Shown: positions 1 through 8,817 of the stretch, piece after piece
Layout of the letters: each line of letters begins with the position of its first letter
How positions within the stretch are numbered: the first letter of the stretch is position 1
Notes under the pieces: generated by a model
Seen by the model: only the letters and a program-made list of their open reading frames with translations
What the model was told of the DNA's origin: nothing
The model's database searches: none
Position numbers and translations under genes: made by a program
Assembly (NCBI GenBank): GCA_018714855.1
Contig: DVMT01000017.1
Location: 1-58,843 of the forward strand
Length of the DNA stretch: 58,843 nt
Direction: 5' to 3'
Origin: Candidatus Aphodocola excrementigallinarum
Lineage (GTDB): Bacteria > Bacillota_I > Bacilli_A > RF39 > UBA660

Positions 1-721
1 TATTAAATTTTTTAATATCTGTTTTTGTTAGTTTCGATTTTTTATCATCTGTTATTAAAAGCACCATAACGTTTACCTTCTTTTTAGATAGAATATCAAG
101 CGTTATTTTATCTACAAAGTTATCTAGTATTATAATTTCTTTATTTGCCTTACTTATAATGTCTACCAAAAGACTATAGGCATTATATATTTCTCCATCA
201 AAGAACAACTTACTTTTTAAGTCTTCTTTTCTTTCAAACTTATCAAATAATTCTTCTATTTTGTTATCGTGTTCTTTTAAAGCACTTTCTATATAATCAG
301 TTTTATTTTCTACTTTTATTACTCTTTTAAATATGTCTTTATTTTCGTTTATTAAACTTCTCATTTTAACAAAAGTATCCATTATCTTAATTGTTGCTTC
401 AGTTGCTACTTTTGTCTTTAATATGGTTGCTAACATGTATATACCTTGTTCTGTAAATACCGTATTACCTTTTCTTGATCCGCCTTTAGTATAGTTTGAA
501 GTCAAAATTTTTGACTTCAAACGCTTTTTTTCAATTTCACTAATTCTAAAGCAATATCTTTCTGGAAATTTTAATGGATTATTTTTTACCGCCTGATTTA
601 TTTCTTTTGTACCATTTTTACATCCATAAAGCACCGCTAAGTCACTGTCAAACATTACTTGTTTACCCCTTACTTCATATATTAAATTTTTTATATCTAT
701 ATTTTCTTTTAACTTGTACAT
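1..721 (-). CDS. ORF6N / KilA-N-type DNA-binding domain protein; the 3' end runs off the window (partial)
   Basis: My own minus-strand translation from the ATG at 721-719 gives MYKLKENIDIKNLIYEVRGKQVMFDSDLAVLYGCKNGTKEINQAVKNNPLKFPERYCF...TVFTEQGIYMLATILKTK. This matches the ORF6N signature. The frame stays open to position 1, and the gene is missing from the ORF track because no stop lies inside the window. Confidence 0.7.
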   Translation of the reverse strand, partial: MYKLKENIDIKNLIYEVRGKQVMFDSDLAVLYGCKNGTKEINQAVKNNPLKFPERYCFRISEIEKKRLKSKILTSNYTKGGSRKGNTVFTEQGIYMLATILKTKVATEATIKIMDTFVKMRSLINENKDIFKRVIKVENKTDYIESALKEHDNKIEELFDKFERKEDLKSKLFFDGEIYNAYSLLVDIISKANKEIIILDNFVDKITLDILSKKKVNVMVLLITDDKKSKLTKTDIKKFN

Positions 722-1227
722 CTATCTAGTCCTTTCTATTAAGTTTTCTAAATATTCTTTATCTTCCATTTTGTTATCGTGTTCTTTTAAAGCACTTTCT
801 ATATAATCTGTTTTATTTTCTATTTCTATTACTCTTTTAAATATGTCTTTATTTTCGTTTATTAAACGTCTAATTTTAACAAAAGTATCCATTATCTTAA
901 TTGTTGCTTCGGTTGCTATTTTTGCTTTTAATATGGCCCGCTAACATGTATATACCTTGTTCGGTAAAGACTGTTGGGTTACTTCTATTCATATTAGCAT
1001 TTGTGGTCAAAATTTTTGACCGCAAATGATTATATTCTGTATCATTTAATTTAAAGCAATATCTTTCTGGAAATTTTAATGAATTGTTTTTTTACCGCCC
1101 CATTTATTTCTTTTGTACCATTTTTACATCCATAAAGCACCGCTAAGTTACTGTCAAGCATTACCTGCTTTCCTCTTACTTCATATATTAAATTTCTTAT
1201 ATCTATGTTTTCTTTCAACTCGTACAT
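252..1227. repeat. Tandem direct repeat of about 470 bp (252-721 and 762-1227)
   Basis: By-eye alignment shows long identical runs, for example ttgttatcgtgttcttttaaagcactttctatataatc and aaagtatccattatcttaattgttgcttc in both copies. A central block of about 60 bp is divergent. Confidence 0.85.
762..1227 (-). pseudogene. Decayed 5' duplicate of the ORF6N gene (frameshifted and truncated)
   Basis: ATG at 1227-1225 gives MYELKENIDIRNLIYEVRGKQVMLDSNLAVLYGCKNGTKEIN, near-identical to the copy at 721. An extra A in the poly-A run (7 versus 6) breaks the frame, and an extra base near 937-943 (ggcccgc versus ggttgc) breaks it again. No ORF of 60 aa or more is listed here. Confidence 0.7.
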
Positions 1228-1311
1228 TTAAACTTCCTTCTAATTTATAATTCTCCATATTTTTTAAAATTCCCCTGTAAAATAAAAAAAACATTCTAAA
1301 TTTATAGAATG

Positions 1312-2307
1312 TTATAAACTTTCATATATTTTCTTTAGTTTTTTACCAACGTCATTTATGTCTTTTGTTTTAGCTACTTTATATCCATTTTCGGTTAAAT
1401 CTTTTAATTTCCCTTGAAAAAATAATTTTACTTTCTTTTCAAAATCATCTAAATCTTTTGCTTTATATACATCTTTTTTATCTTTTAAATAATCGAAAGC
1501 TCCAATGTCCCTTACTATGGTATTACACTTACAAGCCAAGGCCTCAATTAGTGGGATACCTTCAGTTTCTTCTTTTGTTAAAAACAAAAATAAATCGGCT
1601 CCACTCATTGCTTCTTTTATTATTTGAGGTTCAACGTATCCCGCAAAAGTAAGATTATCCAACTTGGTTTTAACTGCACGTCTAACCGGTTTTGTAGCTG
1701 CTTTCAAAGGACTATAACCAAACCAAATAAACTTATACTGTGGAAATCTTTTTGCAAGTTCCACGAAATCAGTAATTCCTTTTCTTTCAATGTACAATCC
1801 TACGGAAAAAATAACCTTGTCATTTTCTTTAAAACCAAATCTTTTCCTGAATTTATTTCTTAAAGATTTATCATGCTTAAAGAATTCTAAATCAATACCA
1901 TTTGATACATCATATATTTTCTTATCTTCAAGGCCCTTATAGCCCTCTAGTAAACGTTTAGAATACAAACTTGGAGTAATTATTACATCTCCTAATTTAT
2001 AGCATTTAATTATCCATTTTTTAAATAGGCGTGATGTTTGTTTGGCTAAAATAAATCCATCTTTGTAATCCTCTTCTGTTGAATGAGCATGGTAAACTAT
2101 TTTTTTACCTTTTTTCTTTGCTTTTTTTGCAAGTGAATATGACTTTAGAAAATAAGTGTTAATATGAAGAATGTCATAATCATCATGAGTGTTTAAAGTG
2201 TAATTTATGCCTTCATTTTCTAATGCCTTTATCTGATGCTTTATTGCTTTACCAAGGCCAGACTTACCAATAACTTTTTGATTTTCAGTATACAAAAGAA
2301 CTTTCAT
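1312..2307 (-). CDS. Glycosyltransferase family 4 (GT-B, Glycos_transf_1)
   Basis: N-terminus MKVLLYTEN...GKSGLGKAIKHQ and C-terminal E-x7-E region TKEETEGIPLIEALAC. Confidence 0.8.
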   Translation of the reverse strand: MKVLLYTENQKVIGKSGLGKAIKHQIKALENEGINYTLNTHDDYDILHINTYFLKSYSLAKKAKKKGKKIVYHAHSTEEDYKDGFILAKQTSRLFKKWIIKCYKLGDVIITPSLYSKRLLEGYKGLEDKKIYDVSNGIDLEFFKHDKSLRNKFRKRFGFKENDKVIFSVGLYIERKGITDFVELAKRFPQYKFIWFGYSPLKAATKPVRRAVKTKLDNLTFAGYVEPQIIKEAMSGADLFLFLTKEETEGIPLIEALACKCNTIVRDIGAFDYLKDKKDVYKAKDLDDFEKKVKLFFQGKLKDLTENGYKVAKTKDINDVGKKLKKIYESL

Positions 2308-2330
2308 AAAATCAACTTCCTTAAATAAAA

Positions 2331-2903
2331 CTAACTTTGTCTTTTCATATAAAAATTAATTGTTCTTTCTAGTGGATCTTCCTTTTGTTTTTCTTCTTCT
2401 TTATCATATACTTGTAATTCGTCTAAGCTTTTGGTTCTATCAATCAATTTATTATATTCATTTTTTATTGAAATAATATCATTTAAAGATTTAGATAAAT
2501 AGTTTATACTCTTTTCTAAATTTTTTGCTTCTTGCTTTTTTGCCTTTTTATTTGATGAAAAGATACCTATTTTTATACTATTTTTATCTATTATTAATTT
2601 GCTGATTAATCCTTCTACATCATTTATTATATTATCTATATTTTTAATATCATCATCTATTTCATTTTGTATAAAAGTATTATTCATAGCTAAATTCTTT
2701 TTGATATTCTTAATTATATTAATAACTTTATTTTGTAAGAAATTAATATCCTTTTGAGTTACCTTTTTTAAAGCAATATTAAATTCTTTTGAAGTTTTAA
2801 TTTCCTTTTTATTATCTAATACGTTGTTATTTAAGCTTAAATTATCAATTAACTTACCATCTATGCTATAAAATAATATTCCATCTAAAGTACTATTATC
2901 CAT
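2331..2903 (-). CDS. Hypothetical coiled-coil protein (Asn/Lys/Ile-rich)
   Basis: ORF track. The start is moved to the ATG preceded by GGAGGTAAACGTT (MDNSTLDG...). No recognisable motif. Confidence 0.5.
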   Translation of the reverse strand: MDNSTLDGILFYSIDGKLIDNLSLNNNVLDNKKEIKTSKEFNIALKKVTQKDINFLQNKVINIIKNIKKNLAMNNTFIQNEIDDDIKNIDNIINDVEGLISKLIIDKNSIKIGIFSSNKKAKKQEAKNLEKSINYLSKSLNDIISIKNEYNKLIDRTKSLDELQVYDKEEEKQKEDPLERTINFYMKRQS

Positions 2904-2980
2904 AACGTTTACCTCCATATTATAAATATATAATAACACAAAAAAAAATTAATGTACAGAACTGTATCATTAATTTCATA

Positions 2981-3412
2981 TTACTTTTTATTTGTAATTC
3001 TATAATAATCAGAAGCATCTTTATATTTACTATATAAACCCCATAATTCTATGGTACCTTTTGGATTTTTTTCATAATCAAACGGTGCGTTTCTTAATAA
3101 TGATTTTAAATCGTTTAAATATATTTGTTTGTTAGGTTCATTTATAAATTCTAATATGTTTCTAATTTGATTCATAATAACTAATTTGTTATTTTCATAA
3201 TCATTTATTATTTCATCAGCTAAAACTTTAGTCTCTTGTCTAGGCTTAAAATCATCAGTTTTTTTATTTAAATAACTTTTTAAAAATAAATAAGCTTCGT
3301 TATATATATTATATTTAATATTATTTTTTTCTAAATCATGATATGCTTTTTCTAATTGTTCAAGCGTAAAATCGTCTGTTAAATCAAAAAGCTTAAGTGA
3401 AAAATCTAGCAT
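2981..3412 (-). CDS. Hypothetical cytoplasmic protein
   Basis: ORF track; co-oriented inside the glycopolymer operon; no recognisable motif. Confidence 0.5.
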   Translation of the reverse strand: MLDFSLKLFDLTDDFTLEQLEKAYHDLEKNNIKYNIYNEAYLFLKSYLNKKTDDFKPRQETKVLADEIINDYENNKLVIMNQIRNILEFINEPNKQIYLNDLKSLLRNAPFDYEKNPKGTIELWGLYSKYKDASDYYRITNKK

Positions 3413-3472
3413 TTTATTTCACCCCTTTCTTTTATGGTGCGTATAATAACAAAAAAGGATAATTTTGTCAAA

Positions 3473-4573
3473 TCATCCTTTCTTATTACTCGTTACGTTT
3501 TTATCTTTTTTTTTCTTGTGAAAACTTATTTTTTTCAAATTAAGCTTAGCATTATCAGTTAATATGTCAGTTGTTAAAACTACCCAAGTTATTAAAATAA
3601 CCAAAATAGCGTATATTATGATACCATATTTTCTATCTTTTAATATGTAGAAAATTGATGCTAATGAAAACAAAATGCTTACTGCATATATAATTAATAC
3701 CGTTGTTCTTTGAGAAAACTTCTTATTTAAAAGTTGATGATGAAGATGCTGTTTATCTGCTTCATATATAGGTTTGTGATGAATTATCCTTCTTAATATT
3801 GCAAATAAAGTATCAAGGATTGGTATTGCAAGTATTAGCATAGGAACAACAAGTGATGTTAAAGTAACCGCTTTAAATCCCAAAAGACAAACAACCGCGA
3901 TCATAAATCCTAGAAACATGGATCCAATCTCACCCATAAAAATCTTTGATGGGTTAAAGTTAAATATTAAAAAGCCTAAACAAGCACCAAGCATGATAAA
4001 CGCAATCGTTATCTCTAAAGATCCTATGTTATGCATGATAAATGCTATTACACCAATGGTTGCAAAGAAAATGCTTGATATTCCGGCAGCTAAACCATCT
4101 AATCCATCTATAAGATTAATACAATTCATTAACGCTACAATAAAAATAACGGTAATTGGATATGCAAGCCAACCAAAATCAATGTAATAACCAAATGCAG
4201 ATATATCATTTAAAAGTATTTTTCCGTAAAAAACAATAATTAAAGCCGCAACTAATTGTCCCACTAGCTTCTGCCTTGCTTTTAATGGTTTTATAACATC
4301 AAGAATACCTGTTATTACAACTATGAAACTTGCTATTAAAATCGCAAGCATTTGTGTGTTTTGAGGAGCAAAAAGCATGTATCCAAAAATAAATCCAAAA
4401 TAAATCATTAAGCCTCCCATAACGGGCATAGGTTTTTTATGAACCTTTCTTTCATTTGGATAATCTAAAGCTCCAACGTGATAGCTTATCCATTTAACAA
4501 TTGGAAATAACACCGCGGTAAAAGCCATTACCGAAATAACTATTTTTAACACTTCTATTATTTTATCTTGCAT
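3473..4573 (-). CDS. tagO: Undecaprenyl-phosphate GlcNAc-1-phosphate transferase (MraY/WecA/TagO family)
   Basis: Polytopic membrane protein with the family motifs NCINLIDGLDGLAAG and FMGEIGSMFLGF. Confidence 0.85.
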   Translation of the reverse strand: MQDKIIEVLKIVISVMAFTAVLFPIVKWISYHVGALDYPNERKVHKKPMPVMGGLMIYFGFIFGYMLFAPQNTQMLAILIASFIVVITGILDVIKPLKARQKLVGQLVAALIIVFYGKILLNDISAFGYYIDFGWLAYPITVIFIVALMNCINLIDGLDGLAAGISSIFFATIGVIAFIMHNIGSLEITIAFIMLGACLGFLIFNFNPSKIFMGEIGSMFLGFMIAVVCLLGFKAVTLTSLVVPMLILAIPILDTLFAILRRIIHHKPIYEADKQHLHHQLLNKKFSQRTTVLIIYAVSILFSLASIFYILKDRKYGIIIYAILVILITWVVLTTDILTDNAKLNLKKISFHKKKKDKNVTSNKKG

Positions 4574-4650
4574 CTTATATCACCACAACATAATTCTATC
4601 ATAAAAATTAAAAACAGCCAAATAAATTGACTGTATTTAAAATATAATAA

Positions 4651-5559
4651 TTATTTTTCATTTTTGAAAGTAAAACCTATTTTATTTTTTATTATATAAG
4701 TAGGTCTATCAAGTAGGTTACTATAAATTCTTGAAATATATAGTGCAATAACACCAATACAAAGCATTACAAAACCAATAAACAGTATAATTGTTCTATG
4801 AGATAAATTACCCATTAAAACAAAGTTAATTAAACCTATTAGAAATATTAAGATTCCAACAACGAATACCGTTTTTATAGGTAACGTTGAAAAAGATATA
4901 ATTCCACCCAAAGAGTATTTAACAAGTTTAAATATTGGCCATTTAGATGTTCCGTGCATTCTTCTTTCTGGGGTGTATGGAACATATATAGTATTAAAAC
5001 CTATCCAAGAAAATATTCCTTTTGAAAACCTTGTTTTTTCTTTAAAAGATAATATTGCGTTGCACACATCTTTTGTAAACACTCTAAAATCACTAGCGCC
5101 TGGAAGTAATTTAACGTCTGATATTTTATTGTTTATCTTATAAAATAAAGACGTAAGTGTTCTTTTTATTGATCCTTCATCCGCTCTATGAGCTTTATAA
5201 GCACAAACAACATCATAATCTTTATTTTCAACTAGTTTATTATACATTTCAATCAATGTTTTTGGCGTATGCTGAAGGTCTGCATCCATTATTGCAACAT
5301 AATTTCCACTAGCATAATTAAGACCAGCATACATTGCTTGCTCCTTACCGAAGTTTCTTGAAAAACTAATTATTTTTACGTTTTTATCCATTTTGTTTAA
5401 ATCTAATAGTTTTTGATAAGTATCATCACTTGATCCATCATCCACCATAATTAGTTCATAACTTATTTTATTTTCCTTTAAAGCCAAAGATAATGAATCA
5501 TAAAACTCATTTAAAGATAAAGCCTCATTATAACAAGGTACCACAACTGATAATTTCAC
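4651..5559 (-). CDS. GT2 polyprenyl-phosphate glycosyltransferase (GtrB/CsbB-like)
   Basis: MKLSVVVPCYNE..., DDGSSDDT, DADLQH, and two C-terminal TM helices. Confidence 0.8.
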   Translation of the reverse strand: MKLSVVVPCYNEALSLNEFYDSLSLALKENKISYELIMVDDGSSDDTYQKLLDLNKMDKNVKIISFSRNFGKEQAMYAGLNYASGNYVAIMDADLQHTPKTLIEMYNKLVENKDYDVVCAYKAHRADEGSIKRTLTSLFYKINNKISDVKLLPGASDFRVFTKDVCNAILSFKEKTRFSKGIFSWIGFNTIYVPYTPERRMHGTSKWPIFKLVKYSLGGIISFSTLPIKTVFVVGILIFLIGLINFVLMGNLSHRTIILFIGFVMLCIGVIALYISRIYSNLLDRPTYIIKNKIGFTFKNEK

Positions 5560-5567
5560 AATAATCC

Positions 5568-6695
5568 CTACTTTCTTTTATTTATTAACTTATTCCAGCT
5601 TTTTAAAACGTTTTCTTTAGAATATAGTTTTGATTTAACTCTTGCTTCTTTACCTAATTTCTTTCTTAATTTTTCATCATTTATAAGTAAATCTATTTTA
5701 CTTATCATCTCATCTTCATTACGATCTTTTATTAAATAACCATTTTTACCATCATCTATTATTTCATTTGCACCTTGCGCTGATGTATAACTTACGCATG
5801 GAATTCCATAACTCATCGCTTCTATTAAAACAAGACCAAAGCTTTCGGTTCTAGATGTCATTACGTAAATTGAGCTATCAAGTAATAAATCATTTATGTA
5901 ATCTTTATCTTGATATCCATGAAAAGTTACTTTATCACCTAATTTTAGTTCTTTAGCAAGATCTAATAAATCGTTTTTCTCCATTCCATCACCAACGATG
6001 TTTAAATGCCAATCAGTATGTTTTTGACTTATCTTTTTAAATAGTTTTAACAAATCATCAAATCCCTTTTCTTTTGATAATCTTCCAACACTAATTAAAT
6101 TTTTAGAATCAAGTTTTGATAATTTACTTGGAATATTATCTAAGCAATTTGGAATATAATATACTTTTTTACCTAAGTATTGTTCATAAAACTCTTTAAG
6201 TTCTTTGGATACCGTAACTAAGTAATTCATCTTTTTACAAGAATTTACTAAAGCACTTATGTATCTTTTGTTATTATTATGATGATTGTGTTCCCAAGCT
6301 ATTTTTTTAATGCCCTTTTTAACGAAGTTTGAAACCAAAAAGTTATGTACCGTACGTGTTGATATAACAACGTCTGTATCTAGCTTTCTAAGTTCCATTG
6401 CCGTTTTAACATATTTAACATAACCTGTTTTTAAACTAGCACCTAGTCCTTTAAAAAGCATACTAAAGTTTTTCTTCTTTAGATAATAAATCATTTCTTT
6501 TTTATTAGGTTTAATGTTAGATATATATCTTATTTTTACCTTATCATCTATTTTAAATACCGGATCATTATATAATCTATAAACTGATAAAATCTCAACA
6601 TCATATTTTTCACATAGTAAATTTGCAAGTGTTGCAACCGCGTTTTCTACTCCACCATAACCTAAGTGAAGTGCAAGTATTGTTATTTTTTTCAT
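5568..6695 (-). CDS. Glycosyltransferase family 4
   Basis: Start moved to MKKITILALHLGYGGVENA, preceded by GGTGGTG. C-terminal motif SRTESFGLVLIEAMSYGIPCV. Confidence 0.8.
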   Translation of the reverse strand: MKKITILALHLGYGGVENAVATLANLLCEKYDVEILSVYRLYNDPVFKIDDKVKIRYISNIKPNKKEMIYYLKKKNFSMLFKGLGASLKTGYVKYVKTAMELRKLDTDVVISTRTVHNFLVSNFVKKGIKKIAWEHNHHNNNKRYISALVNSCKKMNYLVTVSKELKEFYEQYLGKKVYYIPNCLDNIPSKLSKLDSKNLISVGRLSKEKGFDDLLKLFKKISQKHTDWHLNIVGDGMEKNDLLDLAKELKLGDKVTFHGYQDKDYINDLLLDSSIYVMTSRTESFGLVLIEAMSYGIPCVSYTSAQGANEIIDDGKNGYLIKDRNEDEMISKIDLLINDEKLRKKLGKEARVKSKLYSKENVLKSWNKLINKRK

Positions 6696-6833
6696 AAACA
6701 CCACCAACTTAATTATACTAAAGTAATTAAAAAACGTCAAAAAAATAAGGGCAATGTGTAAAGTCCTTACATATTTAATTTACATTTTTTTATAAAAAAA
6801 TTATGTCATAATAAAAGATACTTTATTAAGTAT

Positions 6834-7313
6834 CTATAATTTATCTATATATTCTTTTATTTTTAATCTGAAATTTTCCGAGTTAGATTCATATTTTACT
6901 GGTTTAAAAGACTTTATATTTTCTAACACTTTAGATAAATTCTTAACATCATATAAAGGAAGTACATAACCCTTTAAGGCAAATTCTTTTGTTATTTCAA
7001 GTTGATGATCATTAGTATGTTCACCAAACTTTTTTAGTCTTGGTGCAACAATTACTTTTTTGTTTTTATTTAAACATTCTATGATAGTTCCAACGCCTGC
7101 GTGAGTAATTATTATTCTTGACTTATCTATTAATGCTTCTATTTCTTCTTTAGATGTAAAATCAAAGGTTTTTATATTATCATCCTTAAAATTAGTGCAT
7201 CCTATTTGAGCGATTATTTTGTCTTTAATATTACCCTTTTTCTTTTCTTTTGCAACCGCTTTTAATATTCTTTCAAATGGTTTATCTTGAGTTCCCAAAA
7301 GTACTAATATCAT
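6834..7313 (-). CDS. Alg13-like glycosyltransferase subunit (PssE/Cps14G family, GT28 C-terminal domain)
   Basis: MILVLLGTQDKPFERIL...ITHAGVGTI. The start overlaps the upstream stop in a TAATG arrangement. Confidence 0.75.
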   Translation of the reverse strand: MILVLLGTQDKPFERILKAVAKEKKKGNIKDKIIAQIGCTNFKDDNIKTFDFTSKEEIEALIDKSRIIITHAGVGTIIECLNKNKKVIVAPRLKKFGEHTNDHQLEITKEFALKGYVLPLYDVKNLSKVLENIKSFKPVKYESNSENFRLKIKEYIDKL

Positions 7314-7783
7314 TAAAAAATCCACCCCTCACATACCGCTTTAGGATAAAGTTTAAGCATTGAATGCCACTGGACGATAAAGATATCCGCAATCGGATAA
7401 ATAAGTCTTCCTGTAAGCGTTTTAGACTCTATGTTTGCAAAAGACTCTATGTATATTATTTTCTTTTTAAATAACTTGGCTATATAACACATAGCAACAC
7501 AAGTATGGGCTCCAGTTGTTACAACAACATCTGGTTTAAATTTTAAAAATATTATAAAACTTTTAATTACGTTAATTGGCATAACAAATAAATATCTTAA
7601 CATATGATCCTTATTTCCTGTTAAAAGATAATCTATTTTACTTTTATACCTTGCCTTTAATCCAATCGTTGATTTATGTTTTTCAGTTACTATTTTATAA
7701 TCATAATCTTTAAAAATACTTTTAAGCTGCATAAGTTCTGTTAAATGACCACCCATGCTTGAAATAAACATTACTTTCTTCAT
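7313..7783 (-). CDS. Alg14-like membrane-anchor subunit (PssD/Cps14F family)
   Basis: MKKVMFISSMGGHLTELMQL...VVTTGAHT. Translationally coupled to the Alg13-like gene. Confidence 0.75.
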   Translation of the reverse strand: MKKVMFISSMGGHLTELMQLKSIFKDYDYKIVTEKHKSTIGLKARYKSKIDYLLTGNKDHMLRYLFVMPINVIKSFIIFLKFKPDVVVTTGAHTCVAMCYIAKLFKKKIIYIESFANIESKTLTGRLIYPIADIFIVQWHSMLKLYPKAVCEGWIF

Positions 7784-7841
7784 AAATATCTCCTAGAATG
7801 ATTATAACACGTTAAAAACAGCTTGTACACATCATTTAAAC

Positions 7842-8726
7842 CTATACTAACTCATATTCTCTATCTATTACGTTGTCATTTGGAACATATTCAAAGATAA
7901 ATTCATTATCTTTCTTACACAAAATAATGCCTAATGTTGGATTTTGATTGGGTGTTTTTACATTTTTATCAATGTAGTTCATGTACGTTTTAATTTGTCC
8001 AAAATGTTCTTTTTTTAATTCCGTGTTTTTTAGTTCTAAAACAACATATCTATTATCTTTTATGTTATATAAAAGAATGTCTATATAGTAATACCTATCT
8101 CCTATTTTTATTGGATATTCATTACTAGCATAAGTAAATCCTACACCAAGTTGTTTTAAAAAATCATCTATATTTTCTAATATTAACCTCTTTAGTAATT
8201 TCTCGGTTATATTATCCTTATCATACATATTTTTAATGAGTATTGGATTCTTTATTAAATCTTCTGCTTTAGGTTCCTCTTTTTTTATTAACATCGCTTT
8301 TGCTTTGTCATCTAATCTTTCATATTCATTACTTTTTATCCTTTTCCTTAACTCTCTTACTGATAAGTTCCAATCCTCTGTAATTTTTATATAATAATTA
8401 ATTTTATTTAAATCCTTTAATGAAAGAAGTTCAACATAATGACTCCACACTAATTGGTGCGACAATGTCGCACTTTTTTGTACCATAATATAAAATTGTC
8501 TCATTCTTTTTAAAGAAGAAGTATTATAACCTTTACCTAATTCCTCAGTCAATTTAATTGAATACTTTTTCATTATTCCTTCAACATAGTTTTTACCTGC
8601 TTCGCTTAAGAGTTTGCCAACATTATAATAAGTCGTTAAATCACTTCTGTTTTTTGATATATCTTTTACTTTTTTATATACTTCATTATTTATTAACTGT
8701 TGTTTTATTTCATTATAATAGTTCAT
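7842..8726 (-). CDS. PDDEXK nuclease, YhcG/DUF1016 family
   Basis: N-terminus MNYYNEIKQQLINNE...YYNVGKLL. C-terminal PD-(D/E)xK core YYYIDILLYN...YVVLELK. Confidence 0.7.
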   Translation of the reverse strand: MNYYNEIKQQLINNEVYKKVKDISKNRSDLTTYYNVGKLLSEAGKNYVEGIMKKYSIKLTEELGKGYNTSSLKRMRQFYIMVQKSATLSHQLVWSHYVELLSLKDLNKINYYIKITEDWNLSVRELRKRIKSNEYERLDDKAKAMLIKKEEPKAEDLIKNPILIKNMYDKDNITEKLLKRLILENIDDFLKQLGVGFTYASNEYPIKIGDRYYYIDILLYNIKDNRYVVLELKNTELKKEHFGQIKTYMNYIDKNVKTPNQNPTLGIILCKKDNEFIFEYVPNDNVIDREYELV

Positions 8727-8817
8727 ATAATAGTCCCTTTCGTTTTTTTAGCTTTCTATTATATAAACTATTTTTAAAAATATTGTCAAAAAAAAGAAAC
8801 CTTACTTAAGATTTCTT

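Noticed and set aside
3918-4187. Antisense ORFs nested inside long genes. Examples are 3918-4187, 9731-10027, 13013-13300, 15108-15365, 29533-29772, 31840-32127, 36647-36931, 39333-39605, 44102-44326, 49794-50057 and 52727-53020.
   Set aside because: Each lies opposite a gene with clear family motifs, lacks an RBS and has skewed hydrophobic or low-complexity content. That is typical of antisense frames in AT-rich DNA.
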